A DNA stretch of 64,000 bases, taken from NCBI RefSeq assembly GCF_009914755.1, contig NC_060931.1, one strand, 5' to 3'. How positions within the stretch are numbered: the first letter of the stretch is position 1; each line of letters starts with the position of its first letter. The position numbers were made by a program, and so were the translations under genes. The notes below the pieces were generated by a model that saw only the letters and a list, made by a program, of their open reading frames with translations, ran no database searches and was not told the DNA's origin. Positions 1 through 14,600 of this stretch are shown one piece after another. Source of the DNA: the human T2T-CHM13v2.0 reference genome, Homo sapiens.

Positions 1-1008
1 GGGGCTGAAGTCTGTTCACTCCTGTTCCCTAAGCCTGGACCACCTTCTACACAGGCTGCAGCTGCTGGGAGGCCCCAAGCTCATGCAGCGCAACTCTTCC
101 AAGGCCCAGCCTGCTCAGACGATTCGGCCCAAAGCACAAAGCATGGCAGACACCTTCCGTAAGCCAAAGAACTGGGAGTAGTCCTCCACCTGGGACCCTG
201 ACAACCGCCAAGGGCAGAGACCCTCTTGGCCAAACCTCCAAGGCAGCATGAAGCATGGAAGGACCTTCCCCAGCCCAGCGCCCACAGCAGCATGCTCTCT
301 CAACAGGGATCAAAGTCCACGCCCGACCGCCATGTGACACAGACAACCAGTGTAGCCTGAGGACCTCAACAGCAGCCCCGACATTCCAGCGACTGGCCCT
401 CGCCACTGTGGGCTTGCCACTCAGATTTAAGGGGACCCTCAAGAAAAGAGGATAGGAGCTTCAGAGAAGATCAAACCGGGTCCTCTCTTCTAAGGATGCT
501 TTCTGGAAGGGACACAACAGGACCTCAGAAAGCAGCAATGAGCCTCCTCCCTACAGATCAGAGAAGCACAAACAGGGTCAGGCCAGGGGTCTGCCCAGCA
601 ACCACACACAGGAGTCCTAAGAGAAGGTTGTTGGTGGCCATCCCCAGGCCACCTCCTCTGGGCTTACACATCAGGCTTTGCTAGTTAAGGGGTGGGGTGA
701 GGGGGACAGCACAGTCCCCACGAATGGCACTCCCAACCTTTGGGAGTGTAGAAAGAGCTTCACACAATAAATACAAACAGAGCTGAGGTTTCTCCAGCCA
801 TGAGAAGAAACAAGTTGGTTTGTGTGCCTACTTTGGTTACCTAAGTCAGTCAGTCTGAGTTCACAGTATAAGCAACACATCTAAATAGAATATTGGGAGC
901 TCCTGTCAGCGCTAGGTTTCCCAAACAAAGAAGCCAAAAACTAAAAGAAAAAGGGCTGCAACAGGAATTCTTAGTTATTAGATACTAAGCGTTCTGTGCA
1001 TGGCACAT

Positions 1009-1084
1009 TTTATTTCTATAAAACTATTACAAAATATTCAAAAATACATTTTAGTAAATTTACAGCGTTATTTCTCAATTTATT
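1009..1084 (-). terminator. Tandem poly(A) signals AATAAA (1079-1084 and 1009-1014)
   Basis: tttatt on + at both positions, at the end of the AU-rich tract. Confidence 0.65.
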
Positions 1085-1227
1085 AATGCAAAAACATCCT
1101 TTGTTTTCTCTGTACAAACTGCAGGCTCCATCCTCGTGGGCTCGTCACTATGTGCGCTTTTAAAAAATATTATTTTCTAATAAATTCTTTGAAGTTAAAA
1201 ATAACAGTTCTTCCAGTTTGTCCAAAA

Positions 1228-1259
<32 letters not shown>

Positions 1260-1916
1260 AGAAAAGTGTGTGTGTATGTTGTGTGTGTAACAGTCTTGGC
1301 TTCCAAGAATGTGGCAAAATGGTGAATACAAAGGGAATATGAAACCATAAAGACAACAGAGGAGATGGCTGTTACATCGGAAACTAGTTAAATTAAAATA
1401 ATATATTTTCATATTTTACACTATTTCAAAAATGAAATGTAATTCAGTTAAGTATTGATCTCTCAAAAAATCTAATTTACAATTCTGTGTATAAAAATAT
1501 AATTTGTGGACCCCCATGAAGCACGTTTGAGTTTGCACTTGCTGAGAAGCAGGAGATGGAAGGGAGGGATGGCGGGGACAGAGGTTTGCTTTCTGACAGC
1601 CGGGACGAGGGACATGTAGAAAAATAGACTCTGAGCAGGTTGCTTGGCCTCACAAAATAATCTTTCCCCCGTGAGTACAGTTCACATGATCATAATAAAT
1701 TATCCAAGAAACAAACTATTTAAGGCTCTTGAAGGTCCGGTTCATATTATTTAAAACATCTATTCATACCAAACAAATAAATAGCCAGGAGAGGAGGAAA
1801 AAATAACCAAAATAAAACAATAACCAAAAAAATTCAAAAAATATATATCAACTAAGCACAACAACAAAACTTCCCGGGGTCCTTGTTTCCTTAGAGTCTA
1901 CTTTGGACTGTCCTAC

Positions 1917-1922
1917 TTTATT
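1917..1922 (-). terminator. Proximal poly(A) signal AATAAA ~120 nt after the stop
   Basis: tttatt on +. Confidence 0.4.
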
Positions 1923-2043
1923 ATTCTTATTCTTATTATAACTCAGTCTGGTTCGTGCGCCTTTTCCGAGTGTCTTTTTGCTTTGCGTTGCTGTTGCTGC
2001 CCCGCCCCGCCCCCTCCCGCGCCCCTCCCCCGGCCCCCCGGCT

Positions 2044-3081
<1,038 letters not shown>

Positions 3082-3479
3082 TTAACGACTCTCTAAGTCT
3101 GGGCTGGCGGTCACAGAGGTTGGCTGGCGTTTCCTGCAGAGGCCGGTGACACTCTTTCCTTCCGCCTTCCTCCAACCCCACCCCCAGCTCCGCACACACC
3201 CGGCCTCGCCGCGAATCCATCCAGAGGGTGTTTGCTCTGCACTTGGATTCCTCAGGAAGCCTCCTTGAGCTCCCGCGGGCGCCGGGCGCACCCTCCTTCC
3301 CTCCCGCCCCGGCGCGGGGCGCGGCGCCTGCTCGCGCACTCAGCACCCGGGCTGCGCGGCGGAAACCCCTGGCCCGCCTGCCCGCCTGCCCGCCTGCCCG
3401 CAGCACCCTGCCGCGCCTCGGCGTGGGCCTGCGGAGGGGCGGGGGCGGGGAGTGAAAAATAGCTGCAGTAGTTGTAGCA

Positions 3480-3790
3480 ACTGGACAAACATTCCAGAGA
3501 TTGGCCGAGGTGTGAAAATCCGAGGCTTGTGTGGATTTTCTAATTAAAATCCAATAAAGGGCCCAGCATTGTCATTGTGATTTCTGGGATAAACAGGAGA
3601 CACTCTTGGAAGGGGACACTTCCATTTTCTCCCCTCCCTGTTCTCAGCTCACTCTCTCCCCAGCTCGCGGGCCTCCCCCTCCCTATTTGCTCAGGTGCAA
3701 CCCCCCCCCACCCCGTGTGCAATTCACAAGCACTATTTGCACAGCCAGGCCTCTCTTCCAAGCACTCAAGATGTGTATTTGAATTTTAAA
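3480..3790. promoter_or_regulatory. Intron 2 enhancer core, likely the floor-plate/notochord enhancer (SFPE2 / ar-C homologue)
   Basis: AT-richer island inside the CpG island with T-box AGGTGTGAAA (3508-3517), FoxH1 TGTGGATT (3530-3537), homeodomain TAATTA (3541-3546), tandem Sox CATTGT (3567-3578), forkhead ATAAACA (3589-3595) and TATTTGC (3684, 3734). Intron 2 location matches the known enhancer. Confidence 0.7.
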
Positions 3791-3889
3791 TGGCGGGGCC
3801 TGTTCGGAGCGCTGGAAGCGCCGGGTCTCAAGGCCCCTTGACTACCCGCTTTCTCGAGCCCTCTGTCGCTCTCTGAGGCTCACTGTCCC

Positions 3890-4270
3890 CAGGACAATAA
3901 TTGAAGTTGGGGCGGAGCGCAGGGGGCCGGGGAGGAGGGCGGGGAGGGCCGTCTTCTTTGCATTCCAATCTCCGGGATCATGCTTTTTGCAAATAGAGAT
4001 TGCCAGAAAGAATCTTCCTGCTGGAATTACAGGGGGCTTTTAATCTTCTCATCGGTTTCTCTGGCATGAAGTGCGGGGCTGGCCGTTGGAGGCCCTCCGT
4101 AGCCCCCCGGAATGCGACCCCGGGCGCTGGCGAGCCCGAGTCGTCGAGTCGCACGGCCCGGCTTGACACGCTGCGCCCCGCGCCCCCGCCCGTGTGCTCA
4201 GAATGCCAATGAGCGGCTCCCGCGCCGCGGCTCCGCTCTCCCGGCGCGATCCGGGGGATGGATTAGCGCT
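3890..4270. promoter_or_regulatory. Second intron 2 motif cluster, candidate SBE1 (ventral midbrain/ZLI enhancer)
   Basis: Sox ACAAT (3894-3898), TEAD CATTCC (3961-3966) and GGAATG (4109-4114), forkhead GCAAATA (3989-3995), Otx-type TAATCT (4041-4046) and GGATTA (4260-4265). The name is assigned by location and is inference. Confidence 0.5.
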
Positions 4271-5380
4271 GCTCACTTGGGAGGAGGCCTCCGGAGACCC
4301 CCGCTAGGGGGACCCCGCGGGCAGGGAGCCGGGGAGGAGGTTTTGCGCAGGGGGCGCCCTGGGCCCAGGGGCCGCCGCCGAGCCCGCGAGGTGGGGGCGC
4401 CGCCTCCTGCCTGCCTGCAGCCGGGAGCTCTCCGGGCCGCACACCCGCCCCTGCCGCCCCCGCTCCACGCCTTTGCTTTCTGTGGGGACGAGAAGCCACT
4501 CTAGCCTTTACCTACAAGTGTGCCTTGACACCTTAACAGTGTTTTCCTACTAACATAGTGCCATTAACATGGAATTTAGGAGACAAGTAGGGAAACCTGG
4601 AAGGGGGTTGAGGAAGGCAGAGTTTCCCCGAAATTCACCGTGAACGGCTTTGCTAAACGTGCCAATTTATGCGGGCGGAGAAGAGCGCTGTGCACACAGC
4701 CTCGGGCCGGAGGTTTGCGTGCGCGCGATGGCGCCTCCTCCACGGCTGTTCCTCGCCGGCAACAGCGTGTGGCGTTGCAGGCCCAGAGAAGACAGCCTCG
4801 CGCCGACTCGGGCCGGCGTTTCGGGGCCTGCCCGCCGCCCAGGGCGTCCCGGCCCGGCTCCCAGTAGGAACGCAGGCTCCGGGCGCGCCGCCTCCAGATG
4901 CTGGAGGTGGTTGCCCCTGGGTTTACTGCCGCCCACCAGGCCTCTCCCCAAAGGCAGCTTAGGATCCACGGGCGCCCGGCGGGGAGGAGCCAGGACGCGG
5001 GCTCCGGGGCAGGATAGACACCCCTGCGCTTGGGATAGCGGGTGGGGGCGGTTGGTTCTTAAGCCCTAAACGAGAGGAAGGAGCTCGCCCAGACCTGGCT
5101 AACCGCGCAGGGCTGTCTTCCCTCGCCTGGAAGGGCCTAGCGCCCCTCCCCCAGTCACGCTTTCCCACCCCCTGCAGTGGGGGCTCCAGAAGCGGGCAGG
5201 AAGCCACAGGACCCCATCTCGGGGCATGGAGAACCTTGGGCTCTGTGGCCTCAAAGGTAGGGGTGATTTCGAGGGGCCGGCACCTCACAGGGCAGGTTCC
5301 ACCGCGGAAACGCAGTCATCGCCCAGCGCCCCTGCTCCTGGCCCTCAGCCTCCCCCCAGGTTTCTTTTTCTCTTGAATCA

Positions 5381-5773
<393 letters not shown>

Positions 5774-7399
5774 TCAGCCTGCCCTGCCCAGTCTCAAGGC
5801 GCGAGGGCCATGCGGAGAGGTGGGGAGACGGGGGTTGGAATGGCCCAGACACACCGAAGAGCCGGGCCCTGGGCTGGGGAAGAGGGACAGCATTTGCGGA
5901 GGAGCGTGGAGGAGCACGTCCTCTCAGGGTAGAGCTGGGGGCCTTTCTCCAGGTCCTGAAACAGCCGATGCTCCTAGCGAGGCCTAAGAAGCAAATAAAG
6001 TTTCTCTGAAACAAGTGACCTGCATGTTTAAGACATCAACTACAGGACCCTCCAGGGGCACCCTCTGGGATACCCGCCCCGCCCCCACGTTGCCCTCCAC
6101 TTCTAGCCCCCCTTCTGGGGCCCCTTTCTCCACCTGCGCAGCCTCCACCTTCTCCCCGCGTAGAATCCCTCACAGCAGGCCTGACAGAGACCTGGGCGCA
6201 AGTTCCCAGAAATAAAGAAAAATGCACTGCGCACTGCTTGGAGAATTGAAGGCCTTGCATTTATTTACCTCAGGCCCTAACCCTATCCGAGGCAGAGGGG
6301 AGGCGAGAAGCCGCTGGCGGGGCTGCGCGGTGGGCGGGAGCCTGGGTGGCAGGCGGCTAGGTGAGTTGCCACTTGCAGCACAGGCCGGGGCCGGGACAGA
6401 CATTCTTTATCTGGACAGCCACATTCTTTTTGCCCGTCGAACCCTTTTCTGCCTGGCTTTTCTGTGGTCTGATTGTGTTTCTTGTTTTCTTTAACCTGTT
6501 CCCTTCCTCCGCTCTTGTGTTCTTGGCCCCAGCATAGAATGGCGTCCAGCAAGTTTGAAGAGCAAACTGAAGAGGTGGAGGGAGGGGGAGGGGTTTGAGA
6601 GGAGGGGGAGGGGAGACAGGAAGGCCTGAGGTCTCGGAGTCCTCCGCCTGGGGAGTTTCCCAGGAAGTTGCCTGGGAGGAGGCAGGAAACACTGACTAGG
6701 CAGATGCAGACGGGGTTACCTGGGATTCAGATTGTGGGGGTTCCCCTGGAATTCTGGGGTCACCCTCAGATAAGGATGCGACAGAAAGCAGTTGAATCCA
6801 CTGTGTGTGTTTGTGGGGGCACTGACTTGCTTCCTGGATGTTTACCCTGCTGCTGCTGGTGGGACACGGGATTTAAAGAGGGGGAACTGGCACAGATGAC
6901 GATGGTGGCATCCCCCAAGAAGCTGCGCCAAGTGGAGGCCGAGGGGCAATTTCAAGGTGACTTCTGCAGAGGGCGGGGCTGACCTCTAACCTCCTCCAGT
7001 CTGGAAGGATGCTCTGCTTGGAGTCTGGTTGTCGCCATGGAGGGACAGCTTCTATCCAGGGCCCTAACTGTAGCGTGGGTTGGGGGGACTCTTTCGAGAG
7101 GGTGGGGCGAGGACGCTGGCCCCACTGCTGCGGCGCTTTAAGGGGACGTGACAAATTGCGCAACAGGAAAAGTCCTGTGTATCTGGCAGCAATAAAACCC
7201 AGTAATATGGTTGTAGAGTTCAACATGCAACAACTGGGGGTGGGGTAGGGCTGGGGGCCGCCCTGGTAACAGGTCAGTGCCTGCATGTTTGTGGGCCTGC
7301 CAGCAGTTAAAAAAAAAAGTCGGAAGGGCAGAGTTTGAGTGAGGTCATCTTGAGGATTGAACGCGTTTTACATGAAAATCAATCAGTAAACCAGGGTCA

Positions 7400-9950
7400 G
7401 TGTAGAGCTATGATGTGAGGCCCGTTGCGCGCAGGCGCACACCACCAACACGCACAGGGACCCCCATGCAAGCCCCCCACCCCACCGCAGCTCCCTCCCC
7501 TGGGGCTGTGCCGAAGAAGCTTTAAACAGCTTCCCAGGAGGGCAGCCAGGGAGAGGGCGGCAGGGTGAGGATGACCTGGCCCCCAGCTCTGTGAGCTGCG
7601 CCACTTGGGCAGGCATGGAGGACCCCGGGCAGGGAGACCCGGGTCCAGCCGGGCCGCGACGGGAGGTGGCTGCGCGAGTGAGGGGCGGAGGCCGAGGGTT
7701 GCTGGAGTTGGCGCCCCCGCCCCTTGCGCCCTCCTCCGGCCCGGGCTCCGCGCGGCCTCGGCTGGCGGCCTCTCCTCCGCCCGCGCTGGGCGGGATTGTC
7801 GCAGGCAAAGCCGGGAAGCCCAGGCCGGTTATTAATTCATTGGGTCGTGTGCCGCGAATCAAGCCCGACTCTGTGCAGCCACCGTGAAGCCCAGCAGGGC
7901 CGCCGGGGCCGGGCTTTGTGTCGGCGGAGGCCAAGTTGTTCCCCACGCCTGAGCTCCCGCCTACCTCCCTGATCTGCGAGCCGCGCCGGCGAGTGTCACC
8001 GCCAGCAGCCGGTGGGCTTCCCCCAGCGCGGGGGCGGGGGCGTCCCAGCTTCAAGACAGCCCCAGCCCCTAAACGCACCTCTCTCCACTGTCCTTTCCCC
8101 CACGCTTGGTGGAACAGCCCCTCCCCAACCCCATACCTGAGCGTCTTTCCTGGCGGCCCCAGAGCGCACATTAAATCTATTTAGTGTAGCGGCTCGGGAC
8201 CCCACTCCAGGCTTCAGATCCGGCCCTCTGGCCTCCTGCCCCTTAGGAGCCCCCTGGCCGCCAGCACCCTCGCCTGGCACCTAGGCCCGCGCGGGGAGAG
8301 CGTGTCTGTCTGCGCTTTCCTCTCCCGGGTTAATATTAACCGGCAGCTCCTGCGTTCCGGAACTGCTCCGAAAGTTCCACTGGGGACGATCTCGCCATGG
8401 TTGAGGGACTTGGGCGGCAGTCACATTAGAGACCCAGAGACAGGGAGGGAGACAGAAGAAGAGGGTCACGCACCTGGGGCAGAGCCTAGGTGGTTATTTA
8501 AAATGAGGGCGGCCGAGCAGGCTCCCCAAACCTCCCGCCGGCCTGGGGCTCCCCTGCCGCCTCCTGCACCCCGCCCCTGCCCTCAGCACCCGAGCCTCCG
8601 CCTTCCCCATCCCTTCCTCCCCCACCCTTAACTCCTGGAATCGGGAGAAGGAAGGTAGGGGAGGGATCAACCGGGGATACCTCACAGACTGCCAGCCCCT
8701 ACCCCCCTCGGTTTTAGGGGACCTTTGTGGGGTCTGCCTGATAATCCCGGCCTGGCTCTCCTCACCCAACCCCCACTTGGGCCGTCCTTCCCCCTCCTTT
8801 TGTGTTGGGAACGGGAATAGCCACTGCCCAAGGAAAAAAGTATTTGTTTTCGTTTCGTTCGTCTGAGGGAAGTTGACAGAAGGTCAGAAGTTCAAATGCT
8901 GCCTGTGCGCGCGGCGGCGAGAGTGGCCGGGCGCGGGGCCGCTGGGCCCTGCGTCCCCCGGCAGGGCGGACGGGGGTCGGGGGGAGGCCCCCGGGCTGGG
9001 GGCTCCGGCTGGGACGCGGAGGCCTAGAGGCCAGGCAGGCGGCGGACTGGGGATGGGGGCGCGTCCCAGGGCAGGCCGGCGGAGCCCGCGATGCGCCCCG
9101 GCCCCTGCGCGGGCGCCCCCATCTCCGCGCCCCCGCCGCCGGGGACACTACAGCGAGCCCGGCGCTGCTGTTAGCTCCTGCGGTGCCTGCGCTCCCGCGC
9201 GTGGAGCAGCAGAGCCCGGCGGCTCCAGCCCAGCCCCTCGCGCACTGAAACCCTAGCCGCGGGGGATCGATAACCCGGGAGTAAGTGGGGCTGCAGGCGT
9301 CTGCCTCGCTGCGCGGCTCTGTGCGCTTGCAGCTTTGCAGCAGGGCTGCAAGGCCCAAGCCCTGGGAAGGTGTGCGAGCCCAGGACCCCTTCTGCGGTAT
9401 TGGCCTCCCGCAGAGCAGGGCAGAAGCTGACCCACTCTGGCTCTGGGACCTCGGGTATCCACGCCCCCGCCGCTCTCTCCGCAGTGCCTCCCTCCTCTCG
9501 GGTTCCGAGGGACCCTGGCAAGGCCCCTCCTCCGCGGGGAGTGAGGGTGACGAGAGGATGGGCGCCTCGGGCTAGCCGGAGAACTCCCTCCAGCCAGCTG
9601 CACGCACCGGGCACCCCATGGCCCGTGCAGAGTTAATTGTGGATCGCGCTGCTGTCTGGCACTGGCGCGCGCGTCCACACTCGCGGTCCAGATTTAAGGT
9701 GGTCGGGAGCAGATGAGGGAGAGCAAGGAAATCAGGACCATTTCCCATTCCTCTCCCTTCCGACAGCTGGAGCAGGCTACCTTGCCTGCCCCTCGCCTTT
9801 CTCGGCCTCAAGCAAGCCTGGGAATCGGGTCGGGAAGCAGGGCGGCACGGAGGTAGCTCCTCTCTCTCTGCCGTCAGTACCCTCCCCCTGCACTTGCGCC
9901 CCACCAGCGCCACTCCATCAGCCGCTGTACGCACCTAGCCCTAAAGGTAG
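7400..9950. promoter_or_regulatory. CpG island(s) in intron 1
   Basis: CpG-dense GC-rich blocks at ~7600-8600 and ~8900-9700. Confidence 0.75.
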
Positions 9951-10765
9951 GACTTGAATATTTTAATAGGGCAATAAAAAGGATGTTGACCTATATTTGC
10001 AAGGAAACCCATTTCTGGCTTCAGTTATACGTGCATGGAGTTTCAGAAAGTCTAGAATTGGCTGGGAGATTGGCAGCTCAGAAATCTCAAAGGAGGTGGG
10101 GAGAGAGAGAGGAATTCATATTTTGCTTAGCTTCCCCTCCCCCCACACTAATATTTATTCGCTCTTAATTCTTATGCAAGCAGGTTGAAAACTAAAGTGA
10201 TGCAATGCCAATAAGTTCTAAGTCCCTCCCCTAAGGTACCTCGGGCTTGGAAGAACGAAAGAGCATCCTTAAAGAAATATCAATACATTCACACTCTGAT
10301 GGGCACAATTGCGGACACGCAATCGCAAAGCCAGCTCTGCGATACAGCCAGCCACCCAGGGACGGGCGGAGTCTCCCCTGGAGCCCCTGCCTTTTGTCAG
10401 AACCGCCTCCTGGCTTTTCCAGTTGATAATTCTTTGGTGGGGAGGTGCAGGGTGGGGGTAGTGGTGGGAAAGAAAACCACAGAGGCAACGGGAAACGTGG
10501 GGGCTCTGAGCTCCAATGCCCAAGGCTACGTTCGTTCGTTCGTACAGTGCCAGGAGACCACTTCATGTTTGTGGGAGGGGGATTCCCAGCCTCTCCTTCC
10601 ATTTCCACTCCTGACTTGGAAAGGGCCGACGCCCCCAAAGTGAAGGTCTCCCCAAGTTACAAGCCAGGGCAGAGGTAGGATGGGGAAGGCCATTGTAGCA
10701 AGACTCATCAAATCAGGGCCATAATGAACCACGTCTGTTACCGTCCTCACCCCCACCACACCCTA

Positions 10766-11607
<842 letters not shown>

Positions 11608-11627
11608 GAGAGAGGCTGCCTTTAGCA

Positions 11628-11661
11628 CTATATTATAGCTGCCAGGGGCGCATCTGATTGG
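11628..11661 (-). promoter_or_regulatory. SHH distal core promoter: TATA box (TATAATATA) and CCAAT box
   Basis: tatattata at 11629-11637 and attgg at 11657-11661 on +, oriented for minus-strand transcription. Confidence 0.85.
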
Positions 11662-14600
11662 CCAAAGCCGCACAAGCTTGTCTTCTGATGTTAACCCTGA
11701 AGAAGACTACGTTTTTTTTTTCTGTTGCTGCTGTTGCTTTATTTTCACCTGAAGGATTCGAGTTAAAAAAAAAAAAATCTTTCCTAAGATAAAGGTGGGC
11801 GGGAGGGAGGAGCGCATGTCTTGTGGTAACAGCAGTTACTCCCGGCTTTGTGTACATCCTTGCGTTTCCCCCTGACTTTCCCTGGAATGGTAGGTGCTTC
11901 AGTTAAAACCAACTTAAGTTTTTAAAGGACAGTTTAAACCCCCGCAAGCTTCAGTCATCAAGCACAGAGTCGCTCACACATTTGAGGGGCACAGCTGCCC
12001 AGCTGTTATTTAATTTTTCTTCCCCAGGGACTTTATAGTGCAGGCTGGCTCTCCCTGCATTTTGAAGAAAGAGGACTGAGCCCCTCCTGAAGACTCAGCC
12101 TCTGTGGACCGAGGATAATTATGAGTGACCATAACTTAAAGCACTGGTATTTGAAATGCTTTAAGTGCCTTAGAAAAATGTAAAAATACTGCTCTTTTAT
12201 TGTGCTTCAATTAATACATTTTTTTTTTGTAGAGCTCTGCAAATGGGATGGAGGCGTGCTCAAGGGCAGTTACAGAGTGAACTGCGGGCGTCAGGGTGGA
12301 TGGGCAAAGCAGGTCTGGGGGCTGCACCCCAGCACAGGGGAGAGAGTGGGGGCCAGTGTGTGCGCTGGGTGTGTGGAGGCCATTGCAGGGTGTTGGGGGG
12401 GGGGCAGGCGAGTGGGCGAAGCTGTGCTCACACAACCCCCACGATCGATCAGAGCAAAGTGCAGAGCCAGGGGTGAGCTGAATGTGGAATTCAGGCTCCT
12501 TGCAAAGCTGGCCTTGTGTGGGGGCTCAGCAGGCCAGCAGTCTTCAGGCACAGGAGCCACCAGTCCTAGGGGCTGCAGCCCAAGGGGTCAGGGGCCCTGG
12601 GGGAACAGTGTTCTGGTTAACGAGGGGCTTCCTAGAAAGAGGGCACAGTGCCCAGGAGGTGGCAATCTTTGAGTCTATAATCACCTCACTTTTTGCAGAA
12701 AAAGGAAAAAAACTCAAAAGTCCTAAGTAAACCAGGAAAATAAAATTTGAAGCTCCCTCTCAACCCTGCTTTTCTTTTTTTTTTAAAAAAAAAAAAAACA
12801 GATCATGCCCTTCCCCTTCTCAATCGCCATCCCACTCATGTGCAATGATTCCTCTAGCATAGGATTAGAGAGTGAGGGTTATTTACGTGGAGGGGAAATC
12901 CTGACCCTGAGGAGTCATCAGATGCTGCAAATGTGGCCCTGTGAAGTTAAACACTCTCCCTTGACCCCGGGCCCTTGGAGTGGAGGGGGAGAGGACCCCT
13001 GTGAAGCTCAGCCCTCAAACGATGGAAGTTTCCAGAAGTTCCCTTTGCAGATCAACTTTTTGTGTGTGTGGTGGGGGAGAGAAGGAGAGGAGCATCTTAG
13101 GACACATCTGTCTTGGGCATAAGAGGCTGAGCGTTAACAAGACTCGGTGGCCTGGGTGCCTTTGGGGAGGTTGACCCGGGCTCCCCTTCCCGCCTCTCTT
13201 TCTTGTTCCTTTCCATGGTTTGTGACGAATCGTGATCCCTGGAGGAGAGCACCGTGGGGGAGCAGCGTCCACTTGACCAGGCCCCGGCAGCCTCCACTGA
13301 GCGGAGCTGGAGCTCAGCTGAGCCCAGGGATTCTCCAGGCGGTGTGTCTGCGCTGCCTGTCCCGTTCCCAGTAAAAACAGACACAAAACAGGACCCGTGT
13401 TCTCTCCAGAGGAGGCCGGCCTGTTTGATGTGTCTACCTGCACAGCATGTGGATGTCACATCACTGGGTGGTGCCTGGGCTGGACCAGCGACCTGGCCCA
13501 GTGGGACATTTGCAAACTTTTGACTGCCCTGCCTTCCACCCTTGGCATCTCCTCTTGCCCCAGTCCCTCCTCCTCCCCCTGTCTTTCCCCGCTACTTACT
13601 CCCTTACAAATGCAGGCAGAAGGCCCCCCACACGGGTTGCCACCCTGGGGCCTGAGAGATTGGGTGTGCAGCCCTGCCGGGAGGTGGCATGTGCACACAG
13701 CTCACCTCTGCAAGGGGCAGGGTGGGTGGGGTGTGCTTTTGGAAGCAAAAGCCTGAGCTGCACAGAGTTCCTTGTGGGCACAGCTGGACGTGGGGTGCCC
13801 CCAGGTGCGGTCAGCTCCCTCTTAGCAGAGCGCAGGGAGAAGACGTGGCTTGGCATTGAGCTTGGGTGACTCAGGGCATTTCCTGAAACCTCCCTGCCCT
13901 AAGGGATGGCGTGAGGCCCCCTCCCTCCCCTCCATCTCCAGACAGCCCTAGACACCCTGGAGAGCACCTCAGGGGCCGCCCCCCTTGTAGACTGGCCGAT
14001 CCTCCAGAGTGAAATAATGATGGGCCAGAAAGCCTGCCCCCACGCCTAAGTTCAGAGGGCCTGCCCCCTGCATGGGTTGAGGGGAGCTCGGCGCAGAAAG
14101 CAATCCCAGTTATAGACCAGGCTGCTGACTGAGCCCCCCAGAGAAGCTGCTGCTCTGCCCTCCCGCCCTTCACTCCCTGTCCTTCCATCCCACCTGCTCC
14201 CCACGGCCCAGCACTGCCTTCCCCTCCAGAGGCCAGGTGGCTCTATCTCTTTGCCTTCCCCCCCCCCCAGACCATTTGGCCCCCTCCCCGCACCAGCAGA
14301 GGCTCCAAACACCAGCCTCCCTGACAAGGCCAGACATCCGGACATGCTGGGGCTCCGTTATTCATCTACCTGGGCTCTGCCTCTCTTCCTTGGGGTCACG
14401 CGCATCCCTCCCTCGCTCCTTCCTCCAGCTTTCCCTCCCCCACCCTCCCCCACCTCCACCCCTTGCCCAGCATCCCTGCTGAGGACAGAAGCTGCCTCCT
14501 CTTCTGCCCCAGCCCCCAGGCTCCCTCCTGGGCACTGCCCCTGCCCCTCCTTCCGGCCCCTGCCGCTAGATGGCCTCCTCACTCTGCCTTCGGCTCGGGC

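Larger units (their letters stand above)
990..2043 (-). other. SHH: SHH 3' UTR (AU/U-rich); longer isoforms may extend past the window start
   Basis: Abrupt shift from GC-rich to AT-rich just after the stop; U-tract (A-run ~1224-1243 on +); AATAAA hexamers on the minus strand. Confidence 0.75.
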
